Assembly: GCA_963831285.1 (NCBI GenBank)
Contig: CAWHPO010000003.1
Coordinates: 91,401 to 155,400 of the forward strand
Origin: an uncultured Gaiellaceae bacterium
GTDB taxonomy: Bacteria > Actinomycetota > Thermoleophilia > Gaiellales > Gaiellaceae
Direction of reading: 5' to 3'
DNA: 64,000 nt
The notes beneath the pieces are model-generated. The model was not told the DNA's origin. It was given only the letters and a program-made list of their open reading frames with translations, and did not search any database. This document shows, piece after piece, positions 19,246 to 28,835 of the stretch. How positions within the stretch are numbered: the stretch's first letter is position 1; every line of letters starts with the position of its first letter. A program made the position numbers and the translations under genes.

Positions 19246-19333
19246 CAGAGACTCGCTCGCGGCCATGGCCACCCGAGCACCACGGGCGCGCGTCGGCGAG
19301 TGATCGTCCTGAACCGGGCTCTATGCTCTCGAC

Positions 19334-19681
19334 GTGCCGGACGCCCCCTGGCGCTGCTCGCAGTGCGGAACGGTGAACGAGCCGGTGGCGAACGCCTGCC
19401 GGACGTGCGGGCGCTGGCCGAGCCTCTTCGATCTCGAGGAGAGCCAGCTCGAGGAGCTCCCCCCGGTGCGCGCCGGCGCTCCCGCGCCCACGGCGGAGGT
19501 CGAGCCGGAGACCGAGGCCGTGCCGATGCCCGTCGACGAGCTTCCACCCGAGCTCGACGAGCCGGAGGTCGCGGAGGACTCCGACGTTCCGTCCGCGCCC
19601 CAGTGGAGGCGCCTGCTTCGCTTCGCCGTGCCGGTCGGCGTGGCGCTCTACATCCTCATCTCGTCGGCGCTCAATCGCTGA
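19334..19681 (+). CDS. Zinc-ribbon protein with a C-terminal TM anchor
   Basis: WRCSQCGTVNEPVANACRTCG, an acidic linker, and a C-terminal hydrophobic segment FAVPVGVALYILISSAL. Confidence 0.55.
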   Translation: MPDAPWRCSQCGTVNEPVANACRTCGRWPSLFDLEESQLEELPPVRAGAPAPTAEVEPETEAVPMPVDELPPELDEPEVAEDSDVPSAPQWRRLLRFAVPVGVALYILISSALNR

Positions 19682-19853
19682 GGTCGCGCGGCGGCGCCAT
19701 CGCGCCCTCGTCGTCGACGTCGGGCTGCTCCGAGTCCGGGACGCCCTCGACCTCGGGCTCGTCCTGCGGCGGAAGCTCCGCGGGCGTCTTCTCGCCGGGG
19801 ATCCCCGGATCCTGGGGCAGATCGGGATCCGGCCACTCGCGGTCAGCGGTCAT
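19671..19853 (-). CDS. Small acidic hypothetical protein
   Basis: 60 aa, rich in Asp/Glu/Pro, immediately downstream of birA. Support is weak. Confidence 0.3.
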   Translation of the reverse strand: MTADREWPDPDLPQDPGIPGEKTPAELPPQDEPEVEGVPDSEQPDVDDEGAMAPPRDLSD

Positions 19854-20535
19854 AGACGACCTCTCCGCTCTCGACCGTGACGAGGTCGCCGTGTCCCCGG
19901 TCGAGCTCGAGCCGTCCCGCGCGGTCGATCTTCGTCGCGACCCCGCTCGTCCCGTCCACGCTGACCCGGCGGCCGCGGAGGAAGTCGCGCGGCCCCAGCC
20001 CCTCGTAGACGGCGTCGAGACCGTCGGCGCGCCACGCGGCGTAGCGGTCGCCGAGATCGCGCAGGAGCGACGTCAGGAGCGTCTCGCGATCCCACTCGCG
20101 GCCCGTCAGCGTCCGCAGCGAGCCCGCTCCCTCCGGGAGCTGCTCGCGCGTCTGGTTCACGTTCAGGCCGATGCCGAGCACGATCGCTCCGTCCCGGGCC
20201 TCGGCGAGGCACCCCGCGACCTTCCGGCGCCGGAGCATCACGTCGTTCGGCCACTTCAGCTGGACGGACAGGTCGACCGAGCGCTCGATCGTGTCGGCGA
20301 CGGCGATGCCGGCGACGAGGGAGAGCTCCGGTGCGCTGCGCTCGGGCGGCGGCCTCAGCAAGACCGAGCAGAGGAGAGCGGCGCCCCGAGGTGCCTCCCA
20401 GCTGCGTCCGAGCCGCCCACGGCCGGCGGTCTGCTGATCCGCCACGACGAGGGCTCCCTCGGGCAGCGAGGTGTCGACGAGGAGCTGCGTCGACTCGCAC
20501 GACTCGACGTCGACTCGCGGCTCGCCGAGCGTCAC
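19843..20535 (-). CDS. birA: Biotin--[acetyl-CoA-carboxylase] ligase, group I (no N-terminal HTH)
   Basis: ADQQTAGRGRLGRSWEAP and KWPNDV motifs are present. The GTG at 20535 overlaps the upstream TGA. Confidence 0.85.
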   Translation of the reverse strand: MTLGEPRVDVESCESTQLLVDTSLPEGALVVADQQTAGRGRLGRSWEAPRGAALLCSVLLRPPPERSAPELSLVAGIAVADTIERSVDLSVQLKWPNDVMLRRRKVAGCLAEARDGAIVLGIGLNVNQTREQLPEGAGSLRTLTGREWDRETLLTSLLRDLGDRYAAWRADGLDAVYEGLGPRDFLRGRRVSVDGTSGVATKIDRAGRLELDRGHGDLVTVESGEVVYDR

Positions 20536-21263
20536 GGCTTCTCCCACATCGAGATGTGCCTCGTGCTCTCGCTCGTGAACGGCTCGCGCTTCCACCCGCC
20601 GAAGCGCTCGCGCAGGGTCATCCCGGCGAGCTCCGCCATGAGGTCGAGCTCCGCCGGCCAGACGTAGCGAAACGGGGGCGCGAGGACCTGCACGTCTCCG
20701 TCGGAGATCCAGTAGTGGTGCGAGACGAGACCTTGCCGGGCGACGTCGTACTCGTCGAAGCCGAGGTGCTCCGCGCTGACGTGGAAGGGCAGGAAGCGCT
20801 CGCCGGGCGGAAGCCGCTGCAGGCCGGGCACGACCACCTCGATGCACGAAGCGAGCCGCCCGGGCTCCAGGTGGTCGGCCACGTTGCGGAAGCAGGCGAC
20901 CTGCTCCGCCTGCGTGGTCAGGTTCATGATCGTGTTGGCGACGAGGTAGACGAGCGTGAAGGTCGCGTCGACCCGGGTCGTCGCGAAGTCGCCCATCGTC
21001 ACCTCGATCTCCTCCGCTCCTGGCTTCGCGCGGAGCCGGGCCACCATCTCCTCCGAGAGGTCGATCCCGTGCACCCGAACGCCGCGGCGAGCGAGCGGCA
21101 GCCCGATGCGCCCCGTTCCGATGCCCAGCTCGAGGACGGGGCCATCACCGGCGTGCTCGACGAGGAAGTCGACGATCGGGTCGACGACCGCCGGCGCCGC
21201 CTCGTACGCGTAGCGCTCGTCGTAGTGCTCGGCCACCGCCGCGCCGAAGCGGTCGACGGTCAT
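20532..21263 (-). CDS. Class I SAM-dependent methyltransferase
   Basis: VLELGIGTGRIGLPLA motif I. The ATG at 21263 overlaps the fdhA TGA (ATGA). Confidence 0.8.
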   Translation of the reverse strand: MTVDRFGAAVAEHYDERYAYEAAPAVVDPIVDFLVEHAGDGPVLELGIGTGRIGLPLARRGVRVHGIDLSEEMVARLRAKPGAEEIEVTMGDFATTRVDATFTLVYLVANTIMNLTTQAEQVACFRNVADHLEPGRLASCIEVVVPGLQRLPPGERFLPFHVSAEHLGFDEYDVARQGLVSHHYWISDGDVQVLAPPFRYVWPAELDLMAELAGMTLRERFGGWKREPFTSESTRHISMWEKP

Positions 21264-23953
21264 CGAAGAGCTTCGACGCGAACGGCGCTGACCTTGTACT
21301 CGGGCGTCCCGATCAGCGGATCGCCGACGTCGTGCGTCAGCCAGTTGACCTTCGCCTGTGCGAAGTGGAGCGACATCCAGACGAGCCCGGGGTAGACGCG
21401 CTCGGAGTAGTGCGCCTCGGCCTCGAGCTCGCCGCGTCGGGAGACGAGCCGCGCGACCTCGCGATGGGCGATGCCGAGGGCGCGGGCATCGTCCGAGTGG
21501 ATCTCGAAGAACGGCGCCTGCTGCTTGTCGACGACGCCCGCCTCGCGCATCGTCATGTTCGCCGAGTTGTAGTGGTAGAGCGTGCGCCCCGTCGTCAGGA
21601 CGAGCGGGAACTCGGAGTCCGGCTCCTCGATCGGAGGCTGGTACTCGACCGGCACGAAGCGGCCGCGGCCGGTCGGCAGCGCCGGCTTCGGCGCGTGCAG
21701 GTACGGCGTCCCGGGATGGTCGAGGTCGGTGCACGGCCACTGCATCCCGTTCTCCTCGATGCGGTCGTAGCGGATCCCGTACCAGTTGGGGGAGAGGTCG
21801 GCGAGCTCGTTCCAGACCGCCTCCGCGTCCGGGTACTCGGGCCAGCTCGCGCCGAGCGCCTTCGCCATGATCGCGACGATCTCGCGGTCGACCTTCGCCT
21901 CGCCGGGGAGTGGGGCGGCGGCCCGCACGCGGCTGATGCGCCGCTCCGTGTTCGTGAACGTGCCGTCCTTCTCCGCGAAGCTCGAGGCGGGCAGGACGAC
22001 GTCCGCATACGTGCGGGTCGAGTCGTTCAGGAAGATGTCCTGGGAGACGATGAAGTCGACCTGCTCGAGGCCCTCCTCGACGTGCTTCGCGTTCGGCTCC
22101 GTGTGCGCGGGGTTCTCCCCGATCAGGTAGAGGGCCTTGACGCGGCCGTCGTGGAGCCCGGAGACGATCTGGTCGAGCCGGTAGCCCGGGGCCTCCGGCA
22201 CCTCCGCGCCCCAGGCTTCGAAGAACTTGCGCCGGATCTCCGGGTCGTCGACCGGCTGGTAGCCCGGGAGGTACGCGGGGTTCGCACCGGAGTCGTTCAG
22301 GCCCTGCACGTTGTTCTGGCCGCGGAGCGCGTTGAGACCCGTCGACTCGTACCCGAGGTGCCCGGTCAGGAGCACGAGGTTCGCGAGCGACCACACGTTG
22401 TCGACGCCGCAGGCGTGCTCGGTGATCCCGAGCGTGTAGAAGATCGCCGCGTGCCGCTCGCTCGCGTACTCGCGGGCGGTCGCGCGGATGTCCGCGGCCG
22501 GGACGCCGGTGATCTTCTCCGCGTCCTCGGGCGAGTAGCGCATGACGACCTCGCGCACCGCCTCGAAGTCGTCCGTGAGCTCGCGGATGTACTCCTCGTC
22601 CTGGAGGCCCTCAGTGAGGATCGTGTGCATCATCGCGTTCAGGAGCCATACGTCGGTCCCGGGCCGGAGCTGCAGGTGCCGCGTCGCGAGCTTCGTCAGC
22701 CAGATCTTCCGCGGGTCGGCGACCACGAGCGTCGCGCCCTTGCGGACGGCCTTCTTGATGCGCAGCGCGAGCACCGGGTGGGCCTCCGTCGTGTTCGAGC
22801 CGATGACGAAGAGGAAGCGGGCGTTCTCGATCTCCGGGATCGAGTTGGTGCTGGCTCCTCTGCCGAACGACCTGACCAGGCCGTAGAGAGTGGGAGCGTG
22901 TCAGGTCGACTCGCACGAGTGGACGGAGTTCGTCCCGACTCCCGTGCGCGCGAGCTTCTGGATGAGGTAGTTCTCCTCGTTCGTCAGCCGCGCGGACGCG
23001 AGGAACGCGACCGCCTGCGGGCCGTGCGTGTCCATCACCTTGCGCAGGCCGCTCGCGGCCGTCTCGACGGCGTGCTCCCAGGTCGTCGGATGCAGCTCGC
23101 CGTCCTCGCCGCGGACGAGCGGCTGCGTGAGCCGGTCCGGGTGGTGGACGAAGTTGAACGCGAAGCGGCCCTTGACGCAGAGGTTGCCCTCGTTCGGGAG
23201 GTACTCCGACTTCGACGTGACCTTGACGATGTGCTTCGTCTGCGGGTCCAGGTTCAGGTCGATCTGACAGCCGACGCCGCAGAACGTGCACGTCGTCCGC
23301 ACCTGCTCGAGCTGGCGCTCCGTCTGCTTCGTCCCCTCCTCGAACTTCTCGTAGATCGCCCCCGTCGGGCAGACCGAGAGGCAGCCGCCGCAGAGCTCGC
23401 ATTCGGTGTCGAGCCACGAGAGCTCCCACGTCGGGACGATCCGCGCGTGGCCGCCGCGGCCCTCGAGCGACAGCGCGGAGCACTGCATGACCTCCTGCGT
23501 GTAGCGCACGCAGCGGTTGCACAGGATGCAGGCGTCCGGGTCGTACCCCATCAGCTTGTTGCGGTCGTCGTACGGCTTGCGCTTCGCATCCGGGAGCGTG
23601 AGCGGCGTCTCGGCGCCGAGCTCGTTCGCGAGGTCGAGGAGCTCGTTGGGGCGGCCCCCCGGCGACTCGTTCAGGTGCTCGGAGAGGAGCATCTCCGTGA
23701 GCGTCCGCTGGAAGCCCGAGACGGCGCCGTTCGTCGACACGACCAGCCCCTCGGCGACGCGCGTCGCGCACGCGGGCAGCGGACGCGGGGAGCCCTCGAC
23801 GTCGACCACGCACATGCGGCAGCCGCCGTACGGGTCGAGCTTGTCGTCATGGCACAGCGTCGGGATGAACGTGCCGTAGCGCGCGGCGGCGTGGACGAGC
23901 AGCTCGCCCTCGGGCGCGCTCACGGACTTGCCGTCGAGCGTGAACTCGACCAT
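21260..23953 (-). CDS. fdhA: Formate dehydrogenase alpha subunit (NuoG-like Fe-S N-terminus plus molybdopterin domain) with in-frame TGA (Sec) at 22901..22903
   Basis: ORFs 22901..25309 (last part) and 21260..22774 are in the same frame, 129 nt apart. The read-through gives ..GTNSVHSCEST-U-HAPTLYGLVRSFGRGASTNSIPEIENARFLFVIGSNTTEAHPVLALRIKK.. The TGA sits where FDH enzymes carry Sec or Cys. Length is 898 codons, a multiple of 3. Confidence 0.85.
22857..22889 (-). promoter_or_regulatory. Candidate bacterial SECIS hairpin
   Basis: 12-44 nt after the UGA: UCUCU-ACGGCC-UGGUCA-GGUCGU-(UCGGC)-AGAGG. A 6 bp apical stem carries loop UGGUCA above a bulged lower stem. Folded by eye only. Confidence 0.4.
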
Positions 23954-23958
23954 CGCCG

Positions 23959-25524
23959 TCACGCTACACCCCGCTCGAGCGGCTCGAACAGCTCGGGCCA
24001 GTACGTCATCGCGTTCCGCACGGGGAACGGCGCGGCCTGGCCCAGCCCGCAGATGGAGGTCTTCTCCATCGCGAGCAGCCATTCGTCGACCTTCTCCCTC
24101 GTCATCGCCGCCTCGCCGCGCTCGAGCTCCTCGGCGAGGTGGTGGAGCGCGCGGTTCCCGATCCGGCACGGCGTGCACTTCTGGCACGACTCCTCCGCGA
24201 AGAAGCGCATCGTCTCCGAGAGCAGTCGCAGCGGCGAGTAGGAGGCGGGAAACACCTGGACCGCGGCCGAGCCGGGCCCGGCCTCGTACTCGCGGAGGCC
24301 CTCGCGCGTGAGCGGCGCGTCGAGCGCCGCGGGCGGAAGGATCCCGCTCGCCGCGCCGCCGGGAACGACCGCTCCGATCTCGTCGGAGAAGCCTCCGGCG
24401 TACTCGTCGACGAGCTCGCGGGTCGTCACCCCGTTCGGGGCCTCGTAGCAGCCCGGCTCGCCGACCGCGCCTGTGACCGACCACAGGCGCGTGCCCTTCG
24501 CGCCGCGCGTCCCGAGGCCGGCCCACCACGCCCCTCCGTTGCGCACGATCGCGGGGAGGTGTGCGAGCGTCTCGACGTTCTGGATCAGCGTGGGCCGCCC
24601 GAGGTAGCCGAACTGGCTCGGGAACGGCGGCTTCAGCCGCGGCATCGCGCGGCGGCCTTCCATCGACTCGAGCATCGCCGTCTCCTCGCCGGCGATGTAC
24701 GCGCCGGCTCCGATCACGAGCTCGAGCGTGAGGCCGTCGAGCAGGCCGGCTGCCCGGAACTCCTCGAGCGCCCGCTCGAGCCTGGCGCGAGCCGTCGCGT
24801 ACTCCTCGCGGAGATAGACGTACCCCTCGGACGCTCCGAGCGAGCGCATCGCGAGCACGGTCGCCTCGAGCATGAGGTGCGGCCGCAGCTCCATGACGTA
24901 GCGGTCCTTGATCGTCCCCGGCTCGCCCTCGTCCGCGTTCACGACGACGTAGCGCGGCTCGGGCTCCTTCGAGACCGCGTCCCACTTCGTGCCCGTGGGG
25001 AAGCCCGCGCCGCCGTAGCCGGTGAGGCCGGACGCCTGCAGCTCTTCCACGATCCGCTCGAGCGAGGGTAGGTCGCGCAGGAGCTGGAGGCCGCCGCGCG
25101 CGGTGTAGTCCGCGAGTGTCGCGTCGCCCCTTCCCAGTCCGACCGCAGGGCCGTCCTTCGTCGAGTAAGTCACCGCCGGGACAATCTCGTCGCCGCGCGT
25201 CAGCACGGGCGCGAGGTCGCAGTGGCCGAGGCAGGCGACCTCGATCGCTCCCGGGTTCGCGTCCAGCAGCTCGCGCGCCCCGAAGCAGTCGCAGACCGGG
25301 CCCGTGCACACCCGGACGGCGTCCGTCCGCACCTGCAGGAACGAGTAGAACGAGACGACCTCGTGCACCTCGCCCCGCCGGACGTTCATGTGGTCGGCGA
25401 GGGCGTCCGAGAGCTCCATCGTGATCGGGCCGACCTCGCGACGGATGCGGCCGAGGTTGTCGAGGAGCCGCGTCCGCTCAACAGGAAGCTCCGGAAGGAG
25501 CGTTGCGAGCCGGAGCGCGTCCAC
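23959..25524 (-). CDS. NuoE-NuoF fusion-type NAD(H)-binding diaphorase subunit of formate dehydrogenase
   Basis: The N-terminal half is NuoE-like (C..C...C..C). The second half is NuoF-like with GYGGAGFPTG, NADEGEPG and ESCQKCTPCR motifs. Confidence 0.85.
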   Translation of the reverse strand: MDALRLATLLPELPVERTRLLDNLGRIRREVGPITMELSDALADHMNVRRGEVHEVVSFYSFLQVRTDAVRVCTGPVCDCFGARELLDANPGAIEVACLGHCDLAPVLTRGDEIVPAVTYSTKDGPAVGLGRGDATLADYTARGGLQLLRDLPSLERIVEELQASGLTGYGGAGFPTGTKWDAVSKEPEPRYVVVNADEGEPGTIKDRYVMELRPHLMLEATVLAMRSLGASEGYVYLREEYATARARLERALEEFRAAGLLDGLTLELVIGAGAYIAGEETAMLESMEGRRAMPRLKPPFPSQFGYLGRPTLIQNVETLAHLPAIVRNGGAWWAGLGTRGAKGTRLWSVTGAVGEPGCYEAPNGVTTRELVDEYAGGFSDEIGAVVPGGAASGILPPAALDAPLTREGLREYEAGPGSAAVQVFPASYSPLRLLSETMRFFAEESCQKCTPCRIGNRALHHLAEELERGEAAMTREKVDEWLLAMEKTSICGLGQAAPFPVRNAMTYWPELFEPLERGVA

Positions 25525-25570
25525 GTTGCCGATCCTACGTCGCGGCTTGCGAACGGACGCCGCGAACGGA

Positions 25571-25646
25571 CAAGTTACAAGTTGTTACAAGCGCGTCTCT
25601 CACCTGACAGGGTTGAGACAAGCCCAAGTGACAAGTTGTCACTTGG
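25571..25646 (-). repeat. AT-rich double-palindrome element, copy B
   Basis: CAAGTTACAAGTTGTTACAAG (25571-25591), 32 nt spacer, CCAAGTGACAAGTTGTCACTTGG (25624-25646, a perfect 23 bp palindrome). Centres are 54 bp apart. Confidence 0.8.
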
Positions 25647-25658
25647 GCGTCGCTGCGG

Positions 25659-26051
25659 CTAGTCGCCTGACGGCGGTCTGCGCAGCGCCTTCGTCCGGGC
25701 GCGGCGGCGCTTCTCCTCGAGCCGCCGTTCGCGCGCCTGCGCACCCGGTCGCGTCGGCACGCGACGGCGCGGCACGGCGAGCGCCTCGCGCAGCTTCTCG
25801 ACGAGACGCTCGACCGCGAGCTCGCGGTTGCGGCTCTGGCTGCGCTCGTCCTGCGCGACGGCGCGAACGACGTCCCCCGCCCGCGCGACGACGCGCCGCT
25901 TCTGGGTGTCGGTCAGCGCCGACGACGCCCGGACGTCGAACGACGCCTCGACCCGCGTCGAGGACTTCTGCGCGTGCTGTCCGCCCGGCCCGCTCGAGCG
26001 CGAGACGCGGAGCGCGATCTCCGAGACGGGGAGGAGGACGGAGCGGGTCAC
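25659..26051 (-). CDS. arfB: Alternative ribosome-rescue factor / peptidyl-tRNA hydrolase (GGQ domain)
   Basis: RSSGPGGQHAQKSSTRVE and a basic C-terminal tail. 130 aa. Confidence 0.8.
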   Translation of the reverse strand: MTRSVLLPVSEIALRVSRSSGPGGQHAQKSSTRVEASFDVRASSALTDTQKRRVVARAGDVVRAVAQDERSQSRNRELAVERLVEKLREALAVPRRRVPTRPGAQARERRLEEKRRRARTKALRRPPSGD

Positions 26052-26138
26052 GCGGATTCCCCCCTCCGGAGCCGGTGAAGCCGGGGGCTCCGCTATTGGT
26101 CGCCTCCGTCGAGCCTACGGCTCATACACTCACGCTCC

Positions 26139-26934
26139 ATGGCGTGCATTCTGCTCGACATCGACGGCGTGCTGCACGTCTCGGGAGAGCCGACCCCGGG
26201 CGCTGCCGAAGCCGTCGCCGAGCTGCGCCGGGCGAACCACGCGCTGCGGTTCGTCACGAACAACTCGACCCGCCCGCGGTCCCGTCTCGCGGAAGAGCTG
26301 CGGGCCATGGGCTTCACGCTCGAGGACGACGAGCTGCAGACGACACCCGGCGCCGCCGCCCGCGAGCTCGCGGGCAAGCGCGTGCTCGCGCTCGTCATGG
26401 CGGCGGTCGTCCCCGACCTCGACGGCCTCGACCTCGTCGGCGACCACGCCGAGGCGGTGCTCATCGGCGGTTGCGACGAGACGGTCGAGCCGAACCAGGT
26501 GTTCAGCTACATGAACCTCGCTCGCGCGTTCGCCGAGATCCAGATGGGCGCGACCTTCTACTGCCTGCACAAGAACAAGTGGTGGCAGACGAGCCTCGGC
26601 CCGATGCTCGACTCCGGCGCGTTCGTCGCCGGGCTCGAGTACGCGACCGGCGTCGGAGGCGACCGTGCTCGGCAAGCCGAGCCCGTCGTACTTCGCCGCC
26701 GCCCTCGACGCGCTCGACGCCGAGCCCGAGCTGACCTGGCTCGTCACCGACGACGTCGAGGCCGACGTGCGCGGCGCGCGGCTCTTCGGGATGAAGACTG
26801 CGCTCGTCAGGACGGGGAAGTTCCGGCCGGACGCGCTCGAGTCGGCGGAGGCGAGCCCGGACATCGTCGTCTCGTCGCTCGCGCAGTTCCCCGCCATGCT
26901 CGAGGAGGATCTGACCGGCGGCTGGACCCCCTAG
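26139..26934 (+). CDS. HAD-IIA family phosphatase with an apparent frameshift near 26652-26660
   Basis: ILLDIDGVLH and FVTNNS motifs are present. After LEYATGV the reading continues in another frame as EATVLGKPSPSYF...VTDDVEADV. Total length is 3n+1. Confidence 0.75.
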
Positions 26935-27294
26935 GTGAAGGTCGGCGTGGACATCATCGAGATCGATCGTGTGCGTCGTGCCCTCGAGCGGGCGGGATTC
27001 CGCGAGCGCTGCTTCACGGAGGCGGAGCGCGCGTACTGCGACTCGCGGGCGCATCCGGCCCAGAGCTATGCGGCCCGCTTCGCCGGAAAGGAGGCGGTGG
27101 GAAAGGCGCTCGGGTGCGGCGTCCGCTTCACGTGGAAGGAGATCGAGATCGTCGGGCGTCCGAAGCCAGGCGTTCACCTGTCCGGGCGCACGGCGGCCTT
27201 CGCCGAGAAGGTCCAGGCGGGGCCGATCGACCTCTCGATGACGCACTCGCGGGAGATCGCGGCGGCGATCGCCGTCGTGAGCCCGCTCGGCTAG
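26935..27294 (+). CDS. acpS: Holo-[acyl-carrier-protein] synthase
   Basis: KVGVDIIEIDRV..., FAGKEAVGKAL, SMTHSREIAAA. Confidence 0.85.
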   Translation: MKVGVDIIEIDRVRRALERAGFRERCFTEAERAYCDSRAHPAQSYAARFAGKEAVGKALGCGVRFTWKEIEIVGRPKPGVHLSGRTAAFAEKVQAGPIDLSMTHSREIAAAIAVVSPLG

Positions 27295-27298
27295 CGCC

Positions 27299-28684
27299 GT
27301 GTCGGACACGGTCCAGTCGGCCGATCGCTTCGAGCCGCTGTACTCGGCCGAGGAGATGCGCGCCGCCGAGGAGGCGTACCCGCGCTACCCCGAGTCGATC
27401 CCCGAGCTCATGGAGCGGGCGGGCGCCGCGGTGGCCCGCGAGGCGATGCTCGCGTTCCCCGGCGCGACACGGTTCGCCTGCGTGTGCGGCGGCGGCTCGA
27501 ACGGGGGCGACGGCCGCGTCGCCGCGCGGCTCCTGCGTGAGGCGGGCCACGTCGCGGACGAGACCGACCAGGAGCTCGACGGCTACGACGTCGTCGTGGA
27601 CGCCCTCTTCGGCACCGGGTTCCGCGGGGAGCCGCGAGCCGAGGCGGCCGGGGCGATCGAGCGGATCAACGCCGCGTCCGGGCACGTGCTCGCAGTCGAT
27701 CTGCCCTCGGGCGTCGACGCCTCGACAGGGGAGGTCGCCGGCGCTGTCGTCCAGGCCGATCTCACCGTCACCTTCCACGCCGAGAAGATCGGCCTCGTCG
27801 TCTCTCCGGGCCGCCGGTCGGCGGGGCGCGTCGTCGTCGTCGACATCGGGCTCGAGCAGCGTCCGACCGCCGTGCGCCGCGCCCGGGCCACGATCCTCGA
27901 CGACGTGCCGCGCCGGCGCCTGGGCGACACGAAGTACTCGGCCGGCGCCGTCCTCGTCGTCGGCGGCCAGCCCGGAATGACGAGCGCGGCGTGCCTCACG
28001 GCGCTGGCCGCGCTCCGCGCCGACGCGGGCTACGTCACCCTCGCGATCCCGGAGGAGGCCCTGCTCGCCGCCGAGGTGCTCGCGCTCGAGCCGGTGAAGC
28101 TCCCCTGGTCGCAGGAGAAGGCGGTCGAGACGCTCACAGCCGCCGCCGAGCGAGCCGGTGCGCTCGCGCTCGGCCCGGGCCTCGGCCGGTCGGACGCTCG
28201 CCGCGCCCTCGTCCGCACGCTGCTCGAGCGGATCGACCTCCCGGCCGTCGTCGACGCCGATGCGCTGTACGAGCTCGAGCCCACCAGACGCTCCGCGCCC
28301 ACGGTGCTCACGCCGCACGCGGGCGAGCTCGGGCGGCTCCTCGGTCGCGACTCCGCCTGGGTGGACGCGCATCGGCTCGCGGCTGTGCGTGAGTGCGCGG
28401 AGCGCTTCGGCGCGACCGTGCTGCTGAAGGGCGCGGACACGATCGTGGCGTCGGGCGACGTAACGCTGGTCAGCGACTTCGGCCCTCCCGCGCTCGCGAC
28501 CGCTGGCACCGGGGACGTGCTGACCGGCGTCATCGCTTCCTTCCTCTCGAAGGGCCTGGACGCGCCGACTGCGGCGACCGCCGCGGCCGTCGCGCACGGC
28601 CGAGCAGCCGCGCTCGCGCAGCACCGGACGGGTCTCGTCGCGAGCGACCTCCTCGGGCTGCTCCCGGCCGCGCTCGAGCGCTGA
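27299..28684 (+). CDS. nnr: Bifunctional NAD(P)H-hydrate epimerase/dehydratase
   Basis: 461 aa. The YjeF N-terminal domain has GGGSNGGDG. The C-terminal carbohydrate-kinase domain has LGPGLG and GTGDVLTGV. Confidence 0.85.
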   Translation: MSDTVQSADRFEPLYSAEEMRAAEEAYPRYPESIPELMERAGAAVAREAMLAFPGATRFACVCGGGSNGGDGRVAARLLREAGHVADETDQELDGYDVVVDALFGTGFRGEPRAEAAGAIERINAASGHVLAVDLPSGVDASTGEVAGAVVQADLTVTFHAEKIGLVVSPGRRSAGRVVVVDIGLEQRPTAVRRARATILDDVPRRRLGDTKYSAGAVLVVGGQPGMTSAACLTALAALRADAGYVTLAIPEEALLAAEVLALEPVKLPWSQEKAVETLTAAAERAGALALGPGLGRSDARRALVRTLLERIDLPAVVDADALYELEPTRRSAPTVLTPHAGELGRLLGRDSAWVDAHRLAAVRECAERFGATVLLKGADTIVASGDVTLVSDFGPPALATAGTGDVLTGVIASFLSKGLDAPTAATAAAVAHGRAAALAQHRTGLVASDLLGLLPAALER

Positions 28685-28835
28685 TCGCGGGCTCGACGCA
28701 CAGCCGGCGACGCATCGCTGAGCACCCTCTGACTAGCTCGAACGATTTACCCCTGCCGGGGTAGCAGGGGGCGTGGTGGCGCCGCCGAGATGGATCGGGC
28801 ATCGCGTCCCCGAACCGAACCAGAGGAGTCTCGAC

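Noticed and set aside
22901-22903. The TGA codons at 22901 and 34995 as ordinary stops splitting pseudogenes
   Set aside because: Both fall exactly on the catalytic Cys/Sec column of their families. The frame continues open with conserved sequence, and each is followed by a hairpin at SECIS-like distance. Given the indel-prone sequence, substitution error cannot be fully excluded.
25624-25646. Assignment of the AT-rich palindromes to a known operator (CRP/GlxR, Rex, BirA bioO, LexA, NrdR, IdeR/Fur)
   Set aside because: GTGACAAGTTGTCAC has GTGA-N7-TCAC, not the N6 of CRP/Rex sites. The BirA here lacks an HTH domain. The other consensus sequences do not resemble TTGT-N-ACAA reiterations.
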